DNA of 63,912 nt, the filler included, from Octopus bimaculoides (taxonomy: Eukaryota), in assembly GCF_001194135.2 (NCBI RefSeq). It is 8 parts of 8 records of this genome, joined end to end, with 100 filler letters (N's around TTAATTAATTAA, not from the genome) between each part and the next. Parts side by side here need not be neighbours in the genome. Positions count along the whole stretch, not along the records: positions 1 to 7,933 come from NC_068997.1; positions 8,034 to 24,830 come from NC_068988.1; 6 more parts are not named here. One strand, 5' to 3'. Made by a program: the position numbers and the translations under genes. Under the pieces are notes generated by a model. It was not told where the DNA came from. It made no database searches and worked only from the letters and a program-made list of their open reading frames with translations. Position 1 is the stretch's first letter. Each line of letters opens with the position of its first letter. Below are positions 1 through 11,499 of this stretch, piece after piece.

Positions 1-36
<36 letters not shown>

Positions 37-43
37 ACACACA

Positions 44-261
44 AATGGTGGGGCTGGAACGTTCCTGGCTTTGGGTAAAGCAAAATACAGGAAGATCAGT
101 TAATTATGATTTTATTCAAAATATTCCCCTCTTAGATTCACACAATTATTGCTGCAGCCATCAGTTTTTCTAAGCATTGTAAAAGAACTCGGAAGGTTAG
201 ACCTCCAGCCAGGCCTTTCGCGACACTCTTAAAACCAAGAACTTTTCAGCATCCTTTCGTA
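44..261. mobile_element. Mariner-type MITE, about 215 bp (copy 1)
   Basis: Right end ccaagaacttttcagcatcctttcgTA is the reverse complement of the left end TAtgaggggatactgaaaagttccttg seen in copy 2. The internal sequence aligns with 19459-19672 and 55720-55918. Confidence 0.8.
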
Positions 262-720
262 TATGTATGAATACACACACACACACATATGCACGCCCGC
301 ATACATACACACATGCACGCGCGCGCGCGTGGACACACACATACATACACGTTCATAATATATCAAAAGGATCAAAGGTCTTTACCAAGCCATTTACTTA
401 TAAGGTCAGTTTCCCAGATTCTGTGACATATATATTCCTTCCACGGTCCATAGATGGGACGCCGGTCCGTCGCAAGATTAGCCTTTTTTACCAGTTGATA
501 GGCCAGAGCAACGTGAAATGAAGTGAAATGAACAGTCTGGGAATCGAAGCCACAATGTCACGATCATGAGTGCAACACTCTAACCATTAAACAACAGCCG
601 AAACGCCGTTAAGCATTCTACCCGACGTGCTAACGGTTCTGCCTGCTCGCCGCCTTAAATCATTAAAACAGTAAGTTTACATTGAGCTTATAGCTAGTGC
701 AGACTCGTCTTTGAGTTTTT

Positions 721-774
<54 letters not shown>

Positions 775-1061
775 NNNNNNNNNNNNNNNNNNNNNNNNNN
801 NNNNNNNNNNNNNNNNNNNNNNNNNNNNNNNNNNNNNNNNNNNNNNNNNNNNNNNNNNNNNNNNNNNNNNNNNNNNNNNNNNNNNNNNNNNNNNNNNNNN
901 NNNNNNNNNNNNNNNNNNNNNNNNNNNNNNNNNNNNNNNNNNNNNNNNNNNNNNNNNNNNNNNNNNNNNNNNNNNNNNNNNNNNNNNNNNNTATATATAC
1001 ATATATTTGTATATATATATATACACACACATATTTATATTCTATAAATATGTACAGTAAT

Positions 1062-1287
1062 TGAATAATATTGGTCTCAAATTTTGGAACAATGCCATCA
1101 AATTTGGGGAAGGGGTTAAACTGATTACATCGATCCCAGTACTCAACTGGTACTTATTTTATCGACCCCGAAAGGGGTCATAGGCAAAATGGACCTCGGT
1201 GGAATTTAAACTCACAACTTAAAGACGGACGAAATGCCGCAAAGTGTTTTGCCCAGTATGCTAACGATTCTGCCAGCTCGCCGCCTT
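1062..1287 (-). mobile_element. tRNA-derived SINE family B, full copy
   Basis: Minus strand: AAGGCGGCGAGCTGGCAGAATCGTTAGCA...GAGTTTAAATTCC..GAGGTCCATTTTGCC...GGGGTCGATAAAATAAGTACCAGT...CTGGGATCGATGTAATC. Homologues occur at 30487, 31808, 37972, 53405-53975 and 54470. Confidence 0.85.
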
Positions 1288-2526
1288 ACAGTTGCTAAAT
1301 AATAGATAACAACTCAAAAGGTAGACGTAGCAGGTGAATAACAAAGAATACAGTCGGTGAGCATGGTTTAGAAAGATATAGTAACTGCTTGACTTAAAAT
1401 ATGAGCTGGGATCGATCTTTGACTAACCCAATCAAATAAAGTAGTAAAGGAAAATGTAACAATATGTTGATAATATTTTGGACTGCAAATTTACAATATA
1501 CAACACTCACTTCTATTTGTGATCGTTTCATTCCGAATTCTATTTCACATTACTATTTCTATTTCATATTTTTATACTGTTGAATGAGTTTATTAATTTG
1601 TATCCTTAAAGTTAACGTCTCTTTTAATTTATTTCTATGACAAGAACCAGGTTTAACTGCCTAATGAGTGGCATCGAGAGTTAATGTGAACCATTCAAAG
1701 TGGATTGATTTTCTCAACATCAAAATTAACAAGCTTTCCGAATTATTTGTATAACATTAGGCAAATGTCGCAGAATAGAGGTACAGTACCTCTAGATTTC
1801 CGATTGGAGCTATGTTAATAATGACCTTGCGCTAAGTACGAACTTCTTGACTTCATATATTGTAAATTTATAATTTACATATTCTTTCTTATTTAGAAAG
1901 CAGTTATTTTACAAACTTTGGGGAGCATTCAACTAATCGAATAATGCGAAAGCAAAATGACATGCAAATATCTTACTTAATTTTTAAACTTTCAAATATA
2001 CTAACAAGTCGAAATAATCTTAAATAATAATGGAAATATTGCATTAAATGATAAAAAAAAGAAATATAATACCGAAATAAGAGAACAAAATGAGTTTGAA
2101 TATTTTCATAATCTTATTGGCATATATCTCACACCATACAACTTCCAACCTAAAACCAGAACAAGTGAATTTCAACGCGTTCTGGAAACCAGTGCAAAAC
2201 CTCTTATAAATTTATAATGAATGTTGTTTTAATTGGCTTAAATAAGAACGTGTTGGTTTTAGATCTTTTAGATCTTTTAGAAACAATAGCGCTCACAAAG
2301 TATGTGGGTTGACAAACAATACTTAGTTTTGTACATATCTTTCGAATTTTGGTCGATAAATACATTTTTCGTTATGCACTGGTATTTATTTCATAAACAA
2401 ATTATTGATGCGTTACACGATGTTTTAATATTGTAACGTACCTTATAGTAAATCTACATTCTTGGCCGACACTGCGATCGTAAATAAACTAAATTCAAAT
2501 TGTGAATAACCATCTCTTTTACATAG

Positions 2527-2693
2527 TTTCTTTAAGAGCAGAAAAGAGGGATCAGTTTGGCTGGTTGCACTTTTTTCTGCATCTCTTTAGGAATGAGCAC
2601 CTGTTGCATGTGACCGCAGAGACTGTAAATGTATTCTAAAGTATACTTTAAATCAAACTGGATTTACTCTCTCGCAAAGATCAATTTCTGCAG
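2527..2693 (+). promoter_or_regulatory. Candidate NPF core promoter and non-coding exon 1
   Basis: The coding exon has an acceptor 16 nt upstream of the ATG, so a 5' UTR exon must exist. Initiator-like TCAGTT at 2552-2557, E-box CACCTG near 2598 and a possible donor CAG|GTATAA at 2693/2694. Alternatively TATAAA at 2695-2700 is the TATA box with a donor GTATGT at 2796. Inference only. Confidence 0.3.
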
Positions 2694-3641
2694 GTATAAA
2701 CTCAGAAACAACTATGTAATTAAGAGACTGGCTTCCCGAAAATGTAATCAAAGTTCGATCCAACTGTTCGGCACCTTAGAAAAATTGTTTCCGTCGTATG
2801 TAACCAGTGTTCTGTGACTGGAATTTGTAGAAAAACTGTACGAAAACCCGAAAACGGTGTTTTCAAACCAAAAAGTAACCTCAAATAGAGCCCAGACTAC
2901 GTGGCTTCAAAGCCAGCCTCTTGACCACACATGGCTATAGTTGCTTCCATACTTGCACAAGTCCAACTTTGCAAGAAAGGAGATTGGTTCATGCAGTAAA
3001 TTTTTTGGGGAATAAATCCAAGTTGTTTTTTTATAACAATATCCCTGAGTTCAGAGTTGCACTTAGGGCACGATATCAGTGTTTCTGTCATAATATAATG
3101 AACAAGCAATGGACTCTTAAAAAAATCTCTAGCCAACGACATTCTTCACAAAATGCGATATGGAACTTAAAATCAATATTTTCAATGAAAGAGTAAAAAG
3201 GTGATTAGTTAAGTTTTCTTAAATGAATATATATTATACAAATGGATATTTTCATATTGTAAATATATTAACGAAAATATCATTAAATAAAACTACAATA
3301 TAATAAATAATTCAGAAAAGAGCATTGGAAATTGAATCCTTAAATTATTTAAGGAGGATTCACTATTTGAATGCAAACATTTGGGAATCGATCATTCTCT
3401 GTGATAAGTGAATAATGCTTATTAATTATATCTCGTAACAATTAGGAATTTTGAAAGCAACATGTTCTTACTATCAGGAAAATTTATACCGCAACAGGGT
3501 CAACAAGATCCTCATTTTTCAAAATTTTGCGTCGTTACGCGCATACAGAAATCAATAAAATTGAATATAATTAAATTTCTATCTAATATATATTTTCAGT
3601 TTTCTTTCCATCTTTTGATTTACAGATTTCAACAAATCAAA

Positions 3642-3817
3642 ATGCAGAAAATCATCATCACTCTTCTATTGGTTGGGATTATGTTTGCTATGCAGGTTTC
3701 CTGCCAGGAAAGTATGCTTGCACCTCCCAACCGTCCCTCTGAATTCAGAAGTCCCGAAGAGCTTAGAAAGTATCTTAAAGCCCTCAATGAATACTATGCC
3801 ATTGTTGGTCGACCCAG
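3642..3817 (+). CDS. NPF: Neuropeptide F/Y precursor, first coding exon (signal peptide plus mature peptide up to the penultimate Arg)
   Basis: Acceptor tttacag ends at 3625 and aaaATG is at 3642. Translation MQKIIITLLLVGIMFAMQVSCQESMLAPPNRPSEFRSPEELRKYLKALNEYYAIVGRP(R) has a hydrophobic signal peptide, PP-fold prolines and the molluscan NPF motif LRxYLxxLNEYYAIxGRPR. Donor AG|GTAAAA at 3817/3818 splits the Arg codon, the conserved NPY/NPF intron position. Confidence 0.97.
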
Positions 3818-4842
3818 GTAAAATGTTACTATTATTGTTAAAATTTTCTTCGAAACAAAATTTCAAGTATCACAAGTACAGTTGAGACTTTAATATAAAT
3901 AAAATGTTTAGACATGTACAGTGGTTGCGAGTCTTAAACTTGTATACAAGTCTCTTGGAAAAGCTATTCAACTTTGCTAGTACTGAGAGCGCTCCGGAGC
4001 AAAAATGTATTCTCGCAGTAAGAAGAGTCTGTTTGTTGTGAGTTTACATTACAGCTTTTAGTGGAAGCAATCATGCTAAAGTTTTTGTGAAAATCATGAG
4101 AACATATGATCACCACCCCCATCGAAATTATGGAGTTTTCGTACCTAATATTAAGAAGCCAGTATATTGAATTTATAAACTTAAAATAATATCTATCTTC
4201 GACTATATCTAATTACTAATATTATCTCTGATATTTTGAACGTAAAAATGATTGTGGTAACATCTAGCTAATTCAAGTTGAATAATTACTAAAACATCAT
4301 TAAGTAACTCAAATGTTTCAGGACAACGGGCATAACAGGATGAGAGCTAGCTAGATAAATGACAATTATCCTGGCCAAATATCAGCCGATTAGGCCATTG
4401 GAATGATTTGAGACGTATAATTGCTTTTTGTTTAGTTCCAGATTAGCCCATACAGACGTTCCAGTTGTGATTATCTAATCCATTCAATCTAAGATACACC
4501 TATTATACTGTCGCCCAGTTGTCAAATTCCTTAAAATATAACCCCAAATCCTTTCAAATTCCAGCATATTAGTATTATTTCAGTATCGCATAGTCAATAT
4601 CGCTTCACTTATTGAGGTGGCGTTATTCTTGCAGTGAAGCATTAAAATGTTACAGCTGTCTTCACTATTTTTTCCAGCCTATTTTTCATTCGTATTTTAT
4701 ACAAAATTTAATCATTAATATTGACCAGATATTCATGTAAAAGGATTCTGCAAAAACAACAATTGTGAAGTAGAAAATCTATTTTGTATTTGTAACTTCG
4801 ATGACTATGCTAATGTAAAAATTATCTTCTCTTTTAATTAAG

Positions 4843-4916
4843 ATTTGGACGCAGTGTCAGCAAAAGAGCTGCTTCTAATACTTTCGCTGAAGCACTGACT
4901 GCCAAAAGAAATGACG
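4843..4916 (+). CDS. NPF: NPF precursor, second coding exon (F-G-R amidation/cleavage site and C-terminal peptide)
   Basis: Acceptor cttttaattaag ends at 4842. A|TTT GGA CGC completes R-F-G-R, then SVSKRAASNTFAEALTAKRND. Donor G|GTAATA at 4916/4917 (phase 1). Confidence 0.95.
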
Positions 4917-5162
4917 GTAATATAGTTTATATATTTATATATTTTGCTTTAAAATCATCTTGTGGTTAAATTTTATTTATTACATCACACAACATTTTAC
5001 AATATTACTTTCAAAATCTTCATCTACTAGTTAGTGATTAATTATATAAGCTTACAATATTTACAACGATAAACCGTTGGATAACTAAACCTAACTCAGT
5101 AGACGTAACTATTCACTTTAAGGTCCATAGTTAAACCTGCCCATTCGAAGCTAGTAGAGTAG

Positions 5163-5170
5163 TGACGTCA
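5163..5170. promoter_or_regulatory. Full palindromic CRE (TGACGTCA) in the last NPF intron
   Basis: Exact TGACGTCA, with an E-box CACGTG at 5255-5260. Function is not shown. Confidence 0.3.
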
Positions 5171-6064
5171 ATATAACTAACTGTACCCATCCCTAAATCA
5201 GGGTTGTATTACAGTATTATAAGCTTCAGAATAAAGCAATGCACAAGCATCCCCCACGTGCAAAGTCAAAGCATAAGTAGATTAGCAATGGGCCCTTAGA
5301 CCCGCAGAACACGCAGACAACCTTTAGCTGTGTCCTCGCCTTAAGACAGTACTGTTCCAACATGAGGCCTTGTACCTGTGTTAAAAATCACTATATTACA
5401 GAATTTGAAAACGATGCAGTTTACAGTATCATGTTGACAGAAATGTTAGTGTGCTAATTAACATTTTTGATTTTGTTCTAATTTCAAATCCAGTTAGAAG
5501 TAACTTCGCTTTCAGAATCGGCTAAACAAAAGAAAATCAACGTAGACAAAAAGATCCAGCTGAGTGAATATTAATTGTAATAATGTACTATCATATCTAT
5601 CGGCTTTTTAACCAACATTATATACTAGGACGATTGTAAACATTTCATTTATACGATAGGTGTGTGGACAGTAAAATGGAGAGCAGCTATACATACAATT
5701 CGACTTGTTTTGAGGTTTTTACCAGTAGAGTACTGAACATTTCAAAAAGAGTCAAAATGTCTGCATACAGTTTTCTACAAACGGATTGTTTGCAATCATG
5801 ATAACACATAGCGTTGGCTGAAAAAATATATAGATTTGTTCTATAGTACATTATAGCAATGTTAACACCCAGATTATTTAATATCAATTTTCATTGTTAA
5901 GGTAGTATAGTCATCCTGGGTTTTTTTTCTTTTTTATTTGAAAATCTGTATCATATTGTAGAAAAAATGATTATACAAAATAGTTTTGAATTAATATTTG
6001 ATATAAAATATATTTAGCCAATTTGAGAACGGAGTTAATATTATATTTTATTTGTTTCTTTCAG

Positions 6065-6069
6065 AATAA
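6065..6069 (+). CDS. NPF: NPF precursor, terminal coding exon (completes Glu codon plus TAA), followed by 3' UTR
   Basis: Strong polypyrimidine acceptor tatttttatttgtttctttcag ends at 6064. G|AA TAA fits the phase-1 donor. AATAAA signals lie downstream. An alternative acceptor at 5515 cannot be excluded. Confidence 0.7.
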
Positions 6070-6113
6070 TCAAAAAGGAATCTTAGAAACTTATCTCAAC
6101 AGCAATAGATGGA

Positions 6114-6239
6114 AATAAAACCATATTGCTTTTCCATACAGATGCCGCTATTTTCTGAACAAACTGTTTTTCTTAATCATTTTAAATATAAAACAAGCAC
6201 TTCCTAATTGTTTTGATCTCTATGGTGATCACGAATAAA
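6114..6239 (+). terminator. Candidate NPF polyadenylation signals
   Basis: AATAAA at 6114-6119 and 6234-6239, downstream of the stop codon. Confidence 0.45.
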
Positions 6240-6684
6240 ATATGTACATAAAATATTAAACTGTTTTGTTCTAGTATTTTGTTTTCTACATTGCCACAAT
6301 ACTTGCTTTTTTTCTTCCAAATATTATGATAAGCATGAAAATATGTTAAGTAAGGCTTCTTTCCAAAATATTTTCACTTTTATTATGTACGTTCAGAGTT
6401 GTGGGTATCTCCAAATTACATCTTCACATGCTTTCATTCGATTAATAGAAAACTACGGTTAATTTTTTCAAAATGAGCATTACATTCATAGTGAAAATTA
6501 AATCCAAACAGACCGATATTAACGAATTTCAAACTTAAAAACAACATCTATGCGCTTGTTTTTCATAACGAAATATACATTGATTCAACATAGAAATGTT
6601 ATCGTGCTGTCTAATGGAGAAACAATATTTTATTAAGAGTTCAATCTACTTTGACGTTCTCTGCTTTATTATTTTCTATTAAAA

Positions 6685-7170
6685 GGCAGAATCTTTACCG
6701 CACCAGACAAAATGCAGAGCAGAATTTATTCCGGCTCTTCACGTTCTGAGTTCAAATATCACTGAGGTCGATTTTGCCTTTCATCCCTTCGGGGTCGATA
6801 AATTAAGATAGCAGTTTANNNNNNNNNNNNNNNNNNNNNNNNNNNNNNNNNNNNNNNNNNNNNNNNNNNNNNNNNNNNNNNNNNNNNNNNNNNNNNNNNN
6901 NNNNNNNNNNNNNNNNNNNNNNNNNNNNNNNNNNNNNNNNNNNNNNNNNNNNNNNNNNNNNNNNNNNNNNNNNNNNNNNNNNNNNNNNNNNNNNNNNNNN
7001 NNNNNNNNNNNNNNNNNNNNNNNNNNNNNNNNNNNNNNNNNNNNGGTCGATTTTGCCTTTCATCCCTTCGGGGTCGATAAATTAAGATAGCAGTTTAACA
7101 CCGTAGACGATTTAATCAACTCGACCTATCCACTAAAAATTTCAGGCCTTGTGCGTATTGTAGAAATGAT
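6685..7170 (+). mobile_element. SINE family B copy split by an assembly gap
   Basis: gcagaatc...gttctgagttcaaat...ggtcgattttgcctttcatcc...gataaattaag; the tail aaatttcaggccttgtgc lies after the gap. Confidence 0.75.
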
Positions 7171-7393
7171 TTTTTTCTATTGTATATTCTCTACTGACCT
7201 TCACAGCTAGGATATACGGCCAAGTGCATTTTATGAAACGTCCATAACGACCAATTTAACAAACATATTGTTTGAACAAGAAAAATTATTTCTCCAAAGA
7301 CATAGTTGTCGATTCCCACTGGATAATTTGATGTGGATCACGGTCAAAGGAATTGTTAAGTAGATGAAGAAATGTTATACATATGTATATCTT

Positions 7394-7813
7394 CTTTTAT
7401 TCTTTTACCTATTTCAGTTATTTGACTGCGGTCATGCTGGAGCACCGTCTTGAAGGATTGTAGTCAACACGTCGACCTCACCCCAGGACTTATTTTTCAA
7501 AGCCCAGCACTTATTCTATCGGTCTCTTTTGCCAAACCGCCAAGTTACGGGAACGTAAGCACACCAACACCGATTGTCAAGTGGTGATGCCGGGACTAAC
7601 ACAGACACAAAGACACACATACATAGATATACACATAGGTATTCATAGATATATTCATATATGACGGGCTTCTTTCAGTTTCCGTCTACCAAATACACTC
7701 ACAAGACTTTGGTCGACCTGAACCTAGAGTAGAAGACAGTTAACCAAGGTGTCACGCAGTGGGACTGAAACCAGAAGCATATGGTTGGGAAGCAAGCTTC
7801 TCACCACACAGCC
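7394..7813 (-). mobile_element. SINE family A, full copy
   Basis: Same head, internal (CA/TA) tract and 3' body as 29201-29610. Confidence 0.85.
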
Positions 7814-7902
7814 ACGTCTGTACCTACACACACACAAACACACACACACACACACAAACTGAAGCATGTATTAAATCAAAATAGAACAAAATAGCTATCT
7901 TT

Positions 7903-7933
<31 letters not shown>

Positions 7934-7977
7934 NNNNNNNNNNNNNNNNNNNNNNNNNNNNNNNNNNNNNNNNNNNN

Positions 7978-7989
7978 TTAATTAATTAA
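7978..7989. other. Artificial gap spacer TTAATTAATTAA (also at 24875, 48400, 53110, 59739, 60957 and 62467)
   Basis: The identical palindromic 12-mer is centred in uniformly sized N gaps and contains TAA in all six frames. Confidence 0.95.
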
Positions 7990-8162
7990 NNNNNNNNNNN
8001 NNNNNNNNNNNNNNNNNNNNNNNNNNNNNNNNNATATATATATAAATTGTGTACACACACACACGCACATACACACACAAACACACACACACACATGAAA
8101 ACATATGACCACAGTACAATACATGCATACTCCTAAACGTCAATATGCCTATATCTTTGTGC

Positions 8163-8231
<69 letters not shown>

Positions 8232-9495
8232 CGTGCGTGTGTGTATATATATGTAAGTACGTACGTATGTATGTATGTATGTATACAGAAATATTTAGAC
8301 AGTAAAATCCATTCATAAACATCGTCACAATAACAAACGGAAAAATATATCTGCATTTGCATTATTACAAATACATGTATGTTAAGATGTGGTCAAACAA
8401 AACGTGTGGATGTGTGCACGTATATAGTTAGATGTATATATATATGTATATACATACAAATGTATGTACTTATATATATGTTCTATATATATGTATATAT
8501 ATATATATATATNNNNNNNNNNNNNNNNNNNNNNNNNNNNNNNNNNNNNNNNNNNNNNNNNNNNNNNNNNNNNNNNNNNNNNNNNNNNNNNNNNNNNNNN
8601 NNNNNNNNNNNNNNNNNNNNNNNNNNNNNNNNNNNNNNNNNNNNNNNNNNNNNNNNNNNNNNNNNNNNNNNNNNNNNNNNNNNNNNNNNNNNNNNNNNNN
8701 NNNNNNNNNNNNNNNNNNNNNNNNNNNNNNNNNNNNNNNNNNNNNNNNNNNNNNNNNNNNNNNNNNNNNNNNNNNNNNNNNNNNNNNNNNNNNNNNNNNN
8801 NNNNNNNNNNNNNNNNNNNNNNNNNNNNNNNNNNNNNNNNNNNNNNNNNNNNNNNNNNNNNNNNNNNNNNNNNNNNNNNNNNNNNNNNNNNNNNNNNNNN
8901 NNNNNNNNNNNNNNNNNNNNNNNNNNNNNNNNNNNNNNNNNNNNNNNNNNNNNNNNNNNNNNNNNNNNNNNNNNNNNNNNNNNNNNNNNNNNNNNNNNNN
9001 NNNNNNNNNNNNNNNNNNNNNNNNNNNNNNNNNNNNNNNNNNNNNNNNNNNNNNNNNNNNNNNNNNNNNNNNNNNNNNNNNNNNNNNNNNNNNNNNNNNN
9101 NNNNNNNNNNNNNNNNNNNNNNNNNNNNNNNNNNNNNNNNNNNNNNNNNNNNNNNNNNNNNNNNNNNNNNNNNNNNNNNNNNNNNNNNNNNNNNNNNNNN
9201 NNNNNNNNNNNNNNNNNNNNNNNNNNNNNNNNNNNNNNNNNNNNNNNNNNNNNNNNNNNNNNNNNNNNNNNNNNNNNNNNNNNNNNNNNNNNNNNNNNNN
9301 NNNNNNNNNNNNNNNNNNNNNNNNNNNNNNNNNNNNNNNNNNNNNNNNNNNNNNNNNNNNNNNNNNNNNNNNNNNNNNNNNNNNNNNNNNNNNNNNNNNN
9401 NNNNNNNNNNNNNNNNNNNNNNNNNNNNNNNNNNNNNNNNNNNNNNNNNNNNNNNNNNNNNNNNNNNNNTATATATATATATATATGCATATATA

Positions 9496-9647
9496 CGACG
9501 GGCTTCTTTCAGTTTCCGCCTACCAAATCCACTCACAAGGCTTTGGTCGGCCTGAAGCTATAGTAGAAGACACTTGCCCAAGGTGCCACGCAGTGGGACT
9601 GAACCCGGAACCATGTGGTTGGTAAGCAAGCTACTTACCACACAGCC
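9496..9647 (-). mobile_element. SINE family A, 5' half (the rest is in the gap)
   Basis: Near-consensus head from gacgggcttctttcagtttcc to accacacagcc; its internal (TA)n runs into the N gap. Confidence 0.85.
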
Positions 9648-11499
9648 ACCCCTGAAAATAATCAAATCTACTACATTTCATCGTCTCTGTATTTTCAGAA
9701 TACTTCAAACTCGTTTTGTTGGAGAAAGTGTGAGGTTTTTGTGCATTTATATGCAATATTATTACAGAATATTACAATAAAGTATGAAACCATAAGTGCA
9801 TCAAAACTAAGATACATAATACAGAAAACACATTTCAATATATCTCCTTTCCGATCAATAGTTTAGTCATTTGTATTTTGGTTAAGACAATGATCATTCA
9901 GAATGTAAAATTCATATTCCTTGTTCAGTTTCCTATATTAGAGGTTACGAATTCTTGTCCAGATATCTAGCAGTATATTTCAATGTAAAGGACCAACAAG
10001 GCTAAGATGCATCTGGCGTACTTGCTGGTCGCTGTTGAGTCCGATTTTCTTCTCCCGCCGATATTTATTGAAGTTTTAACACAGCACGTCCATAAGGCAT
10101 GTTATCTCAGTACAAATATTGCAGTATCTGGCTTATCAACGTTTATATATATGTAATATGAGGCATGGTATACAGATGACTTTTTTATACTTGTATGTAT
10201 GACTTATTTGCAATGAAGAAGAAAAAGAACAGCAACATATTTTATATACACACTATTTAAATTCAAGCTGGTATTATTGATTTCATGCTGATTTCACCAA
10301 TAACGGAACAGTAAGTCATTTATATATACGTTGTATGATATAAGTGAATGATTTTTTTTCCAACGCTATTAGAACAGCAGAAATATTGAGTAAATTACCC
10401 TTAAAAAGCGGAAAAACTTTCAACAAACAGCCATGTGTCTCGAACCCACATTATCAAAGTCTCCGGCTGAGTGATTTACCATTAAGATAAACTTCTCGCT
10501 GACAACTCCATCCGCAAATTTAGACGCTAGAAAGCTAAATGTACAACTACCTGTATATAGATATATAAAAAAACATTTGGTTTTTAATTTTGGTCACGTT
10601 CAAAAACCAAAAAAAACACTATCCTCTAATTGTATTGTACAATACACATTTCGACGCTTTCAAAAACAAATTTTTTTTTAATTACCTAAATGAAAAAATT
10701 TTCTAGAAACATGAAATGAATGTTAAACTTTCATCAGCGTATCAGATATTTGCAATGAAAAGATGGTAACAAAATTATAGCGTTGCTTCACCGCCCTGGG
10801 TGGCAAAAGCGGGTGCATAAAATATCACACACACACACACACGCATCACACATACACAATCACATACACACAATCACACATACACACACATAAACACACA
10901 TAGTCACACACATATACATACACGGGTGTGTCTGTGTGTGTGTATGTAAGTAGACTCTGACAGTCAATGTTCGCCATGTATCTACTTATGAGTGCCCATG
11001 TCTGGGCAAAGTTATTTATATTTCGAGAGACGTGCATGCAAGCCTCCTTTCACAGTGCCAACAATGTTGTCCAAGTGAATGGTTGCCACATTAGGGACGA
11101 TAGAGCTTACACCAGAGACATTGTAACTAGAACACAAAGGGTTACATTAAATACTACAAGATATCCCAGTGGACAGCTTAATAATCCCCCCAATCCGTCT
11201 CTCAGTATTGGTACCTAATGTCAACGCCAAAAGTTTTGAAGACAGTGTTGACCTCGACAGAATCTGAACACTAGATGCAAGGAACTTGACCAATTACATC
11301 ATAGTTTTCTAGCCCTCGCCATTACCTCTCTACCAACACACTACACACACAGAGACACACAAACGCACACTATGTGTGCGTTTACACACACACACAAACA
11401 CCCATATGAAGTTATTAGTGCATATAGACTGACTACTGTGTCTTTCATATATTGTCTCGCACTAAAATATGCCTGAAAATCTATGACCAGTCACCAAAA

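Noticed and set aside
3462-3641. N-terminal extension of the 119-aa ORF upstream of MQKIII
   Set aside because: It is intronic: a polypyrimidine tract and AG acceptor end at 3625, and the ATG at 3642 starts a canonical signal peptide.
6766-7097. Identical 53-bp direct repeat at 6766-6818 and 7045-7097
   Set aside because: The copies flank a single N gap exactly. Overlapping contig ends (false duplication) is the simplest explanation.
7978-7989. Recurrent palindrome TTAATTAATTAA at seven sites
   Set aside because: It is always centred in uniform N gaps and encodes stops in all six frames. It is a pipeline spacer, not biological.
9990-10320. Short open frames and a strong donor ACA|GTAAGT near 10310
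   Set aside because: These are isolated splice-like signals with no recognisable protein and are expected by chance in 64 kb.
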